Source of the DNA: a virus
Direction: 5' to 3' (one strand)
DNA: 64,000 nt
Virus record (IMG/VR): IMGVR_UViG_3300025000_000007
Span: 1 to 64,000 of that record
Shown: in pieces, positions 40,519 to 48,577 of the stretch
Layout: each line of letters starts with the position of its first letter
How positions within the stretch are numbered: position 1 is the stretch's first letter
The notes under the pieces: generated by a model
Told to the model about the DNA's origin: nothing
Databases searched by the model: none
What the model saw: the letters and a program-made list of their open reading frames with translations, nothing else
Translations under genes and position numbers: made by a program

Positions 40519-41946
40519 TCACACCTTCTTATAAATTGAATACTCTTCCGTCAATGATTTTGAAATATCAAGAACGTCCTGAGAACTGCATGTTACAATT
40601 ATTTTCACAGGTTCCTCCGGAGGTTCAGGCTCTCCAACTGCCCCTCCTGAGCTTTCATCTTCTTCTATAATACAATATCGAGAAGCTTCATTCGTACCGT
40701 TATATCTCCCTGCTTCACCTCCGGAATAAATACAAGGGGAATTAACAGAGTCCAGAACATAACCTGATTCTGTATAGTGTCCACCCATAGCAGAAAGATG
40801 ATATCCATTCACGAAAAGCGGATCTTTCAGAACAGGGGCAGAGCCTGTTAACCCGTTAGAGACATTTCCATAAAAACAATTATCTGAAATATCAAGGATA
40901 TATCTGCCCTGATTTGCAATTGCAAGTCCCTGAGTTCCGACGAGATTCTTTTTTGTATTTGTTATGATGTTGTTTTTTACAGTAGCTGAATAACCTGAAC
41001 TTGAAGAGGTCGTCTGGTATCTCCCAAAAAGAATTCCATAACCGAGGCAACCGTTTATTGTATTATCCTTAATAGTGACATTATCCCATCCATCAACAAC
41101 CATGCCGCCAACTCCTGGAATACCATTTCCAGCAGGCATCAAACCACAATTAATAATTAGGTTATTACGTACTAACAGATTTTTAGCTGCATTAATGGCC
41201 GTTGCGCGGAGTCCTGCCGCCCATACCCCCGGTCCTAAAGTGTTCTGGATTGTATTATTATAGATAGAGATCTCAGAGGTTGTTTCATCCTCTTCTGAAT
41301 TTTCAACCTGAATCCCTGGGGAATATGCTTCAGTCGTCCCAAACACTAGATTATCATGGAATGATACTCCCTTAGATCCCTTGCTCCGGAGTGCTGAATT
41401 TGTCCGGCAATATGTGGTATTGTTCCAAGCCTCTACACCTGAACAGCGATCCGCATAAAGCCCCTCATGTCCGGCCTCTTTTATTAAATTTCCACAATAA
41501 AGAATATTTTCGCAATCGGTTAATCTTGCAATGTCACCCTGTGATTCTCCCGCTATAATATTTCGAATGGTTATGTTTTTTCCATTTTTAAGGCCAACGA
41601 AATTATCAAATCCCTGCCCGTGAGGTATTCCAGCGGCAGCCTGCGCTAATCTATTCCCCTTGAAAGTGATATTCTCAACTAAAATATCTGAAATAGTGCT
41701 TCCTGCTTGCCCGAAAATTGGAGTCATAGAGGGAAATAGAGTTCGAGATAACCCCGGAGAAAGTGTAATTACTGCGCTCGTATCTTCGGGCCCTGTTATT
41801 GTGGTTCCCGAATTTAGTTTGTAGGGATAATTAGCAGTATATTTATTATCCTTGAGTAATTCGATTTCGGAATAGTGGAAACCGTCGCCCACTTTGTCAA
41901 AAGTTTCCTGCTGTAAAGTTCCGCTGGATAGTTCAAGAGTTGCCAT
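40519..41946 (-). CDS. Disaggregatase-like parallel beta-helix protein without signal peptide; candidate endolysin
   Basis: PbH1 repeats, GHEGLY, NS..R and GPG.W motifs; preceded by a holin-like gene. Confidence 0.65.
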   Translation of the reverse strand: MATLELSSGTLQQETFDKVGDGFHYSEIELLKDNKYTANYPYKLNSGTTITGPEDTSAVITLSPGLSRTLFPSMTPIFGQAGSTISDILVENITFKGNRLAQAAAGIPHGQGFDNFVGLKNGKNITIRNIIAGESQGDIARLTDCENILYCGNLIKEAGHEGLYADRCSGVEAWNNTTYCRTNSALRSKGSKGVSFHDNLVFGTTEAYSPGIQVENSEEDETTSEISIYNNTIQNTLGPGVWAAGLRATAINAAKNLLVRNNLIINCGLMPAGNGIPGVGGMVVDGWDNVTIKDNTINGCLGYGILFGRYQTTSSSSGYSATVKNNIITNTKKNLVGTQGLAIANQGRYILDISDNCFYGNVSNGLTGSAPVLKDPLFVNGYHLSAMGGHYTESGYVLDSVNSPCIYSGGEAGRYNGTNEASRYCIIEEDESSGGAVGEPEPPEEPVKIIVTCSSQDVLDISKSLTEEYSIYKKV

Positions 41947-42142
41947 CTGACCCCCGATTCAATATCTCTTTAATTTTTGTACTTTTTGCACCTATAATCA
42001 TGCAAATCAGCCCACATACAGGCATAAAAAAAACACCATCGTGCTCAGTGAGCATTGCAACAATTTCAAGCGCGGCTAACCAAAATACCCCCCATATAAT
42101 CACTGCGTTATCTGAGATGTCCAGGAGAGAGCACCGCCGCAC
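41933..42142 (-). CDS. Holin-like 2-TM protein
   Basis: 69 aa, two TM helices, basic C-terminus; overlaps the start of the lysin candidate. Confidence 0.5.
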   Translation of the reverse strand: MRRCSLLDISDNAVIIWGVFWLAALEIVAMLTEHDGVFFMPVCGLICMIIGAKSTKIKEILNRGSDGNS

Positions 42143-42422
42143 AGTTCCGTTTTGTAAAATGTGTATTCATGAGTGTAACCTTGGATTATCAGTCAAACAT
42201 TATATAATTACAATATATGTGTCCTGTATTATAAACATTTGTGAATAGATATTTTATGTCATAAAAAGAGAAACGGCAGACATTGATAGAAAAGTATTCT
42301 AAATTATACATAAAGAGAGTATATTGTTATTCGATGGTTATTATATTAGTTGATTATAATTAATTTAGTTGATTCTTCTAGTATTATATTATTGAGATGA
42401 TATTATAGTTGTAAACTCATTT

Positions 42423-42468
42423 GAGTACAAACATTTATATACTTTGTACGCGTAGTATTATCTACAGG
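42423..42468 (+). promoter_or_regulatory. 46-bp promoter/operator repeat, copy 1
   Basis: GAGTACAAACATTTATATACTTTGTACGCGTAGTATTATCTACAGG, identical to 43470-43515; TATA box inside a GTACAAA/TTTGTAC dyad. Confidence 0.85.
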
Positions 42469-42477
42469 TGAAATACA

Positions 42478-42858
42478 ATGATGATAAACAGAAGAAACGT
42501 GAACCTTTTTGGTACGATGTTTGAATATGTTGAAGATGCTGACTTTGGATACTACGAAACTGCAGACGGGAAAATAAGAGAAACTCCATTCATTGAAGCA
42601 GTGAAACCTCAAGAATCATCTGATTTCATGATATTCCCCGAAGACCAGATACAATACGAAGGTAAAACCTATACTAAGGTCAATTTTGGGGAATATGACG
42701 ACGAGGAAATAGGAGAAACTTTCCTGCTGGATAGTGCCCTCGATGAAGAAGTTTTCTTGATCTATAATAAGGTAGAGGGAAAGGAAGCAACTTACAGGGC
42801 AAATTCAAAGTGCTACAGGACAGAAGATCTTGCTTATATTAGTGGAAATCTAAATTAA
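42478..42858 (+). CDS. Acidic hypothetical protein (early-gene-like)
   Basis: Starts just after promoter repeat 1. Confidence 0.55.
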   Translation: MMINRRNVNLFGTMFEYVEDADFGYYETADGKIRETPFIEAVKPQESSDFMIFPEDQIQYEGKTYTKVNFGEYDDEEIGETFLLDSALDEEVFLIYNKVEGKEATYRANSKCYRTEDLAYISGNLN

Positions 42859-43218
42859 CGAGGTCTGAAAAATGACCTCTAAAATAACTTTTTCAGGAAT
42901 CAAACACACTCTTGTCAAATCTGCTTCTGACATAACTAAAACGGAAATATCCATCGGGAAATTAAACGCACGTAGCGTTGTAAACAGGTTAGGACCAAGG
43001 CTTAGAATAGACGTCCTTGTTCTGAAAACACTTCCTGTATTAATCTGTGATGAGCCGTTCACCGTCAACGAGGACAATATCAGAAAAGGGACGAGGCGTT
43101 GTTATGAAACACTGACCAAATCGTTTTTAGACTCTGGTAAGCTCCCGGTACACGCTGATTTTTTCAGGAAAATTAAGGATGGTGATAATATAGTTGTGAT
43201 TTTGCACGAGGTCACACC

Positions 43219-43470
43219 ATGAATTTGTCAACAGAAATACAATGTCATAGTGACACGGAATTAAATTATTTTAAATTGCTCGTCGAGGTATCAAAATCTA
43301 AAATGACTATAATGGAGCTGGCAACGGCCATAGGATTGTCAGATGACAATACCCAGCGAATGATAAAAAAGTTGCAAACTAAAGGATATGTGAATAAAAT
43401 ATTCGCTGGAAAGTGCAGGTATGTATCACTCACTGATCGGGGTAAAAACGCTATAAATTCAATACAATAG
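43219..43470 (+). CDS. Winged-helix (MarR/TrmB-like) regulator
   Basis: MTIMELATAIGLS...IKKLQTKGYV...SLTDRG. Confidence 0.75.
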   Translation: MNLSTEIQCHSDTELNYFKLLVEVSKSKMTIMELATAIGLSDDNTQRMIKKLQTKGYVNKIFAGKCRYVSLTDRGKNAINSIQ

Positions 43471-43515
43471 AGTACAAACATTTATATACTTTGTACGCGT
43501 AGTATTATCTACAGG
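43470..43515 (+). promoter_or_regulatory. 46-bp promoter/operator repeat, copy 2, upstream of the type IV-B transcription unit
   Basis: Exact copy of 42423-42468, followed by RBS and ATG. Confidence 0.85.
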
Positions 43516-43748
43516 AGGAATACAATGAAAATTGTAACAGCAAGCGGGAAAGTAACAATCAACAAAAGATCAGCATACGGAAAATGGCTACAGGGATGGA
43601 TCTCTTGTGATGGATTTACAGGCGCATCAACTCTTTCAGATGCGTGGGATAGAGCAACGGTGATTAAGACGAATGGGTGCTCGTGGGAATGTCTTGGCAA
43701 ACTGATGGCATCCGAACAGAAGTTTGGGAAGGGGTGTGCAGAACCGGA

Positions 43749-44225
43749 ATGAAATTTCAAAAAATATATTTTATCTCAGATCACGCAGTTTCCGCGTTCA
43801 GGGGGCGTTTGAATTGTCCTAACCTCCCTACAAAACAAGTACGGGACCATATACTTTCCGAACTTCAAAAAGAAAATCTGGTTACATATGAGAGGTACAA
43901 CCACAAAATACAGCCCATATATCAGGGAGCATACAACGGAATTATATATCATATTCCTGTCCACCACGAAGTTAAAAAAACGGATGCGTGGGATGTTGTG
44001 CCAACTGTATTGCTTCCGGGTATGAAAACATATTCGAATTGGTTAGAAATGCTGACCGTGGAGGAGGCTGCAACTAAACTGAATGTGTCTCAAGAACAAG
44101 TTATCATATTTTTGAAAGAGGGTCGATTGAAGTTTGATCCTCAAGTAAACACAGTAATAAAAATATACAAATTGGACGTGAGGAGACTAAATCAAGAACT
44201 GATAAAAGAGAGGGTGACAACTTAA
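43749..44225 (+). CDS. DUF4258/RelE-like domain fused to excisionase-type HTH
   Basis: ISDHAVSAFRGR...VVPTVL N-domain; MLTVEEAATKLNVS...LKEGRL C-domain. Start set at ATG 43749. Confidence 0.5.
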   Translation: MKFQKIYFISDHAVSAFRGRLNCPNLPTKQVRDHILSELQKENLVTYERYNHKIQPIYQGAYNGIIYHIPVHHEVKKTDAWDVVPTVLLPGMKTYSNWLEMLTVEEAATKLNVSQEQVIIFLKEGRLKFDPQVNTVIKIYKLDVRRLNQELIKERVTT

Positions 44226-44836
44226 CAACACTTTCAAAATTAATATGTAAAGCACGTGGGATAACCCCCGCCATAGGCAAAGAACCAGGAACGTGTGTTT
44301 TTTGCGGATGTGAAACTGATCAAGGATATCCTAAAAAGGTGATATCAGACAATTTTACAGCATGGGATAGACTTGGATACGGTGATGTCGTATGCCCAGC
44401 GTGTAATCATGTTTACACAGATCCGACTTATCGAAAAAAAGCATGGGTGGTCACAAAATCCACTTTTGCAGAAATTAAAAGAGAAAATGCTAAAGTCCTG
44501 CTGCTTAATCCCCCCGAACCTCCATTCGTGATATACCTCACAATGACCTGGAAAAAACAGGGGTTTGTGAATATAATGAATAAAGTTCAGGAGTCAAAAA
44601 AAAATTACTCAATCGGACTTGATTACGAACTTATCGAGGTGAACACATCAAAACTTGAAGAATACTGCACTCTAATTACCGATCTCCTTGAAAAGAAGAT
44701 CACAAAAACTGAATTGCAAACCGGGCAATTAAAACCGAAAAGCTATGAAAAGCTTGGGTATGACATGGAACTTATAGAAAAAATAAAAACATTAGCTGGA
44801 AACCCACTATGGAATCTGGCTATATTTGTGAGCTGA
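44222..44836 (+). CDS. csf1: Type IV CRISPR Csf1 (Cas8-like) subunit
   Basis: The frame is open upstream of the tracked GTG (44339) and encodes CVFC, which pairs with CPAC; also NFT.WD, PPEPPF and KK motifs. The start is uncertain. Confidence 0.75.
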   Translation, partial: LTTLSKLICKARGITPAIGKEPGTCVFCGCETDQGYPKKVISDNFTAWDRLGYGDVVCPACNHVYTDPTYRKKAWVVTKSTFAEIKRENAKVLLLNPPEPPFVIYLTMTWKKQGFVNIMNKVQESKKNYSIGLDYELIEVNTSKLEEYCTLITDLLEKKITKTELQTGQLKPKSYEKLGYDMELIEKIKTLAGNPLWNLAIFVS

Positions 44837-44840
44837 TAAA

Positions 44841-45218
44841 ATGGGAATGGAAATCACAGACAAAGAATTACGTGGACTGCTGGCAAAAACACTTTCAGGT
44901 ATATGGAAAAGAGTATCTTGGAAAGACATGACATCTATGAAACGTTCTTCCGTAGATGTGTTTTCGGAAAGGCTGAGGGCCGCGGCAGGCATGGAGAACG
45001 TGCCCCAAATGCTTGAAAAGATCTGCAAAGGGTTAGGGCTTCCGTCCGCAACGATGGACACAATAGATATTGAAATGCTGGAAGACGAAAGGGAACGGGT
45101 AAGGAAAATGCTCGGGAAAGAATCCGTGCTTGTTGCACTGCTCACTCAGAAAGAATCAAAAGAACAGTTTGAAACTGCAAAGAAACTGAAAGGAAATGCA
45201 AGTCTGGAGGGATATTAA
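44841..45218 (+). CDS. cas11: Type IV-B small subunit (Cas11-like)
   Basis: 125-aa alpha-helical protein between csf1 and csf2. Confidence 0.65.
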   Translation: MGMEITDKELRGLLAKTLSGIWKRVSWKDMTSMKRSSVDVFSERLRAAAGMENVPQMLEKICKGLGLPSATMDTIDIEMLEDERERVRKMLGKESVLVALLTQKESKEQFETAKKLKGNASLEGY

Positions 45219-46114
45219 TGTCAGTATTACGAGTACCTGGATACATTACAGCACAGTCACCGATCCACCACGGAGGGGATGAGAAAGCAGGCAATCAGAG
45301 CCTAATCAGGCGGCAGACCTATATAGTAGATCAGGCTCCGATAGAGATCCCTGTGATCTCAGGAAATGCAATCCGGGGAGTATTGCGCCGTATGATATGG
45401 GACGATCTGCTTGAGAGGGTAGGATATACCCTTACAAACATGAAAATATATCATATGTTGTTTACAGGCGGTATCCTGGAAGCCGTTGACAGCAAAGACG
45501 TTGGAGTCATAGATATTGAAATGAAAAAGAAACTACGTGCTGAACTGCCTCCTCTTGCGGTCCTCGGAACTGCCCTAGGAAATCAGATGTTTGAGGGAAA
45601 ACTGAAGTGTGCAATTGCTCAGCCAATATGCAAGGAACTGAAAGAATTCCTTCCAGATGACCTGCCTATCGAGCCAACTACAAGCATCTATGAACTGGTT
45701 TCTTTCGATTTCATGACCCGCCTAGATGATGTCAAGGAGGCACGGCAGGAAGGAGAAGCAGCACACCAGATGCTCATGAATTTTGAGGTAATCAATCCCG
45801 GCACTATCTTTGTCCATTCATTCGCGCTTGACAATCCAAACGAAGTTGAAAAAGGGGTACTGGCCAGATCCCTGAACCTCTGGAGAGAACATCCCTGGGT
45901 AGGAGGGAAGTCTGGAGTAGGATACGGGACAGTGAAGCTGAACTATGAGATTGATGATGATTCAGCTTATCTGGAATTCATCGAAACCAACAAAGAGAAA
46001 ATATGTGAAACCCTGAACTGGCTAGAGACACGGTCAAGTGAAAAGAAACAAGACGCGGAAGAATCCGCAAAAGCATCTAAGAAGGGGGCTAAACTTCTTG
46101 CAGAAGATAATTAG
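45218..46114 (+). CDS. csf2: Type IV Cas7-family backbone protein Csf2
   Basis: SPIHHG, PVISGNAIRGVLRR, LFTGG, QM...EVI.PG and G-loop VGGKSGVGYG. Confidence 0.9.
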   Translation: MSVLRVPGYITAQSPIHHGGDEKAGNQSLIRRQTYIVDQAPIEIPVISGNAIRGVLRRMIWDDLLERVGYTLTNMKIYHMLFTGGILEAVDSKDVGVIDIEMKKKLRAELPPLAVLGTALGNQMFEGKLKCAIAQPICKELKEFLPDDLPIEPTTSIYELVSFDFMTRLDDVKEARQEGEAAHQMLMNFEVINPGTIFVHSFALDNPNEVEKGVLARSLNLWREHPWVGGKSGVGYGTVKLNYEIDDDSAYLEFIETNKEKICETLNWLETRSSEKKQDAEESAKASKKGAKLLAEDN

Positions 46115-46820
46115 AAAACTGAGGGGGTATAACCCCCCTTCAAACTTTGAGCCTTTCAAGGTTGAAGCAAAACTGGGGGCCCCTATACTTCTTGCTCACC
46201 CATATATACACGGTGACAGTGTGCTTATGGCGCTACTAATGAAACAGATACTTAAGGATGATTATTATAATCTTCCTTCTAAGTCTCCGATTCCAGTTCA
46301 TGACATTCTCAGACTGCCTCTGAAACAGACAAATGGAGTTTATCACGCCTCCGTATCTCAGTTTGATACTGATATTATCAAGACCGAAACTGTGTACAAA
46401 AGGTTTGATGAGGAACACATCAACCACGTGAATTCAAAAATTAAGAGAGTACGCAAGGGGCAGGGGTTTTTCAAAGATTATATGATTAAGTTTCCTGTAA
46501 TTCCCACAAAATCAGTGACGTTCTATTTCAATGGGGACCTGAAAGAGTGCATGAATATCTTAGAGGACCTTACAGCACTTGGGAAAAAAACAGATATTGG
46601 TTATGGTATCGTTCGCGCTGTATCGGTTGAGCCCACACCTGAAGACTATTCGTTTGTCAAAGACGGGAAGTGTATGAGACCACTGCCAGCAACCGAATTC
46701 AAAGACCTCTATGGTATCCCTTCAGTGGCTCAAAGACTCGCATGGAGGGCTCCCTACTGGGATAAGAAAAACGTGCAGATGTGCGCTGCCCCTGGTGCTA
46801 TATTCTATCAAAAATTCTGA
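46098..46820 (+). CDS. csf3: Type IV Cas5-family protein Csf3
   Basis: HGDSVL, LPL, YHAS, F...GD, LGKK...GYG.V, MRPLP and RAPYW motifs; likely TTG start at 46098 after AGGGGG. Confidence 0.85.
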   Translation: MQKIIRKLRGYNPPSNFEPFKVEAKLGAPILLAHPYIHGDSVLMALLMKQILKDDYYNLPSKSPIPVHDILRLPLKQTNGVYHASVSQFDTDIIKTETVYKRFDEEHINHVNSKIKRVRKGQGFFKDYMIKFPVIPTKSVTFYFNGDLKECMNILEDLTALGKKTDIGYGIVRAVSVEPTPEDYSFVKDGKCMRPLPATEFKDLYGIPSVAQRLAWRAPYWDKKNVQMCAAPGAIFYQKF

Positions 46821-46829
46821 GGGATATTC

Positions 46830-47543
46830 ATGATGCCTGACGAATGGCGCGAACTGTTTGAGTTATGGGCTGCAACAGACGACTACGAAAAAAGGATAGA
46901 AGAAGCTGAAAACAATATCAAACAAATTTTGATGACTGAAAAACCTACTGTCCTGTATAGCGGGGGAAAGGACAGCCTGGTTTTATTGCGGTTGGTGATG
47001 CTACAAAATGATAATATCCCGGTGTATTATAGTGACTCTGGTTATGATTATGACTCAAAACAGATCAAGATGCCTAAACAGATGACGGATGATATTATCC
47101 AAATTGGAAAGGAAGCCGGAGCGAAAATATTATACAGTTGTGGGCACAAAACGCCGAACTCTCGCCGGTTTTTTGGTAATCTGTTCAGAGTCATGAAAAA
47201 ACATGGCTGCAATGTTGAACTTTTGGGAATACGTGGTGGGGAAAGTTCAACCAGGGCCGCAAGAGTCAAGGGAGAACTTGTGAAAAGAGAAGGGACCCGA
47301 AGAGTATCTTTTCCTCTTAGAAATTTAGATTGGAGGGATATATGGGCATACCTGATCTCAAATAATATCAGGTATCTCGATTATTACGACAAATATGCAG
47401 TCGTCGAGGGGGGATATGATAAGGTGAGGCTCACTTCAAGATTCAGCCAGGGGATGATTCATAAAGGCGGGTCTTTGTATATCGACGGGGTTATGATGCC
47501 TGAATTTAGAAATGAGGGGCCGGATAAATTAGAAAAACGTTAA
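46830..47543 (+). CDS. cysH: CysH/PAPS-reductase-like protein of type IV-B
   Basis: PP-loop YSGGKDS, GIR..ES..R and PL...DIWAYL. Confidence 0.85.
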   Translation: MMPDEWRELFELWAATDDYEKRIEEAENNIKQILMTEKPTVLYSGGKDSLVLLRLVMLQNDNIPVYYSDSGYDYDSKQIKMPKQMTDDIIQIGKEAGAKILYSCGHKTPNSRRFFGNLFRVMKKHGCNVELLGIRGGESSTRAARVKGELVKREGTRRVSFPLRNLDWRDIWAYLISNNIRYLDYYDKYAVVEGGYDKVRLTSRFSQGMIHKGGSLYIDGVMMPEFRNEGPDKLEKR

Positions 47544-47578
47544 TAAAATTCAAACATGTACATTTTTTAACAACGTAT

Positions 47579-47607
47579 GAGTACAGATGTATATATACGT
47601 TGTACTC
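47579..47607 (+). promoter_or_regulatory. Degenerate third copy of the GAGTACA...TGTAC promoter/operator
   Basis: GAGTACAGATGTATATATACGTTGTACTC with the same spacing as the 46-bp repeats. Confidence 0.65.
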
Positions 47608-48577
47608 ACATTATACTATACTAATGTGTATATGACGATATGACGAGGTTTGAGCAAATGATCAGCAGAAAAGGAAGAGCGACAAAAGCAGCACAAATGG
47701 AGCAAGCCATAAAGAACGCGAAAACCATAGAACAAGTATATCAGATCCTAGATTGCAGCCAATTCAGACTTACAAGCCCGGAAGAATGTAAAATTGCACA
47801 AGAATGGGCAAGACTTCAAGAAATGAAAGCAGATCATGGAATCGGCGCATTTGCTCAGGAGGTAACCGCATGACATCTGGAACGCTACCGTCTAAGAAAA
47901 GATGCGGGAACTGCTCACATTGGGTTAGAGTTAATGTCCCTGAACAATTGATGGCATATTGCAAATTTAATGGATGTAGACGGCATAGAGATGGATACAC
48001 GGGGGTTGATTAAATGTCAGAAGTATGGGAACTCGTATATAAATGTAGGATGTGTGGAAACACGTTTTCCGGTGCTAGATGGTTCGGTGACGTTTTGGGT
48101 AATAGGGCTTACGATGAAAATGGAAGAGAAACACATCGGCACGAATGTGAGGATGGGAATGTAGGGATTGGGGACATCGTCGGATTTAGGAAAGTCGGAG
48201 ATGATTAAAAATGTCATATCTTGAAAACATGAAAACCGATCTTGAACGAATTAAAGAATTAACTTCTCTTGCAATTAATAATCTTTCGAGGGAAGAATCA
48301 ATAACAAAATATCAGATGATTATTAATGAACTTAATGAGATGGCTGAGAGAGTAACTGATGTGAAACAGAAAGCAAATATAGCTATTCATATGATTGAAA
48401 CTTACAAAAAATGAGTTGCTATGTGTTTCTTCCATCTTTTGAACCTGTGAGTGTGGAGAAAATGAATGAAAAAGATGATAATAAATAAAATAGTTGCAGA
48501 ATTAGATAATAGAGTGGAAACACTTAAAAAAAATATTAAAGTGAGTTAATCTCACATTTTCGGTTTTTTATATAATA

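Noticed and set aside
42423-43515. 46-bp direct repeats near cas genes as a CRISPR array
   Set aside because: Only two exact copies about 1 kb apart with genes between them; each contains a TATA box and is followed by RBS and ATG, so they are promoters.
46830-47543. cysH as a sulfur-assimilation gene or DndC phosphorothioation gene
   Set aside because: No other cys or dnd genes; it is coupled to csf3 as in type IV-B loci.
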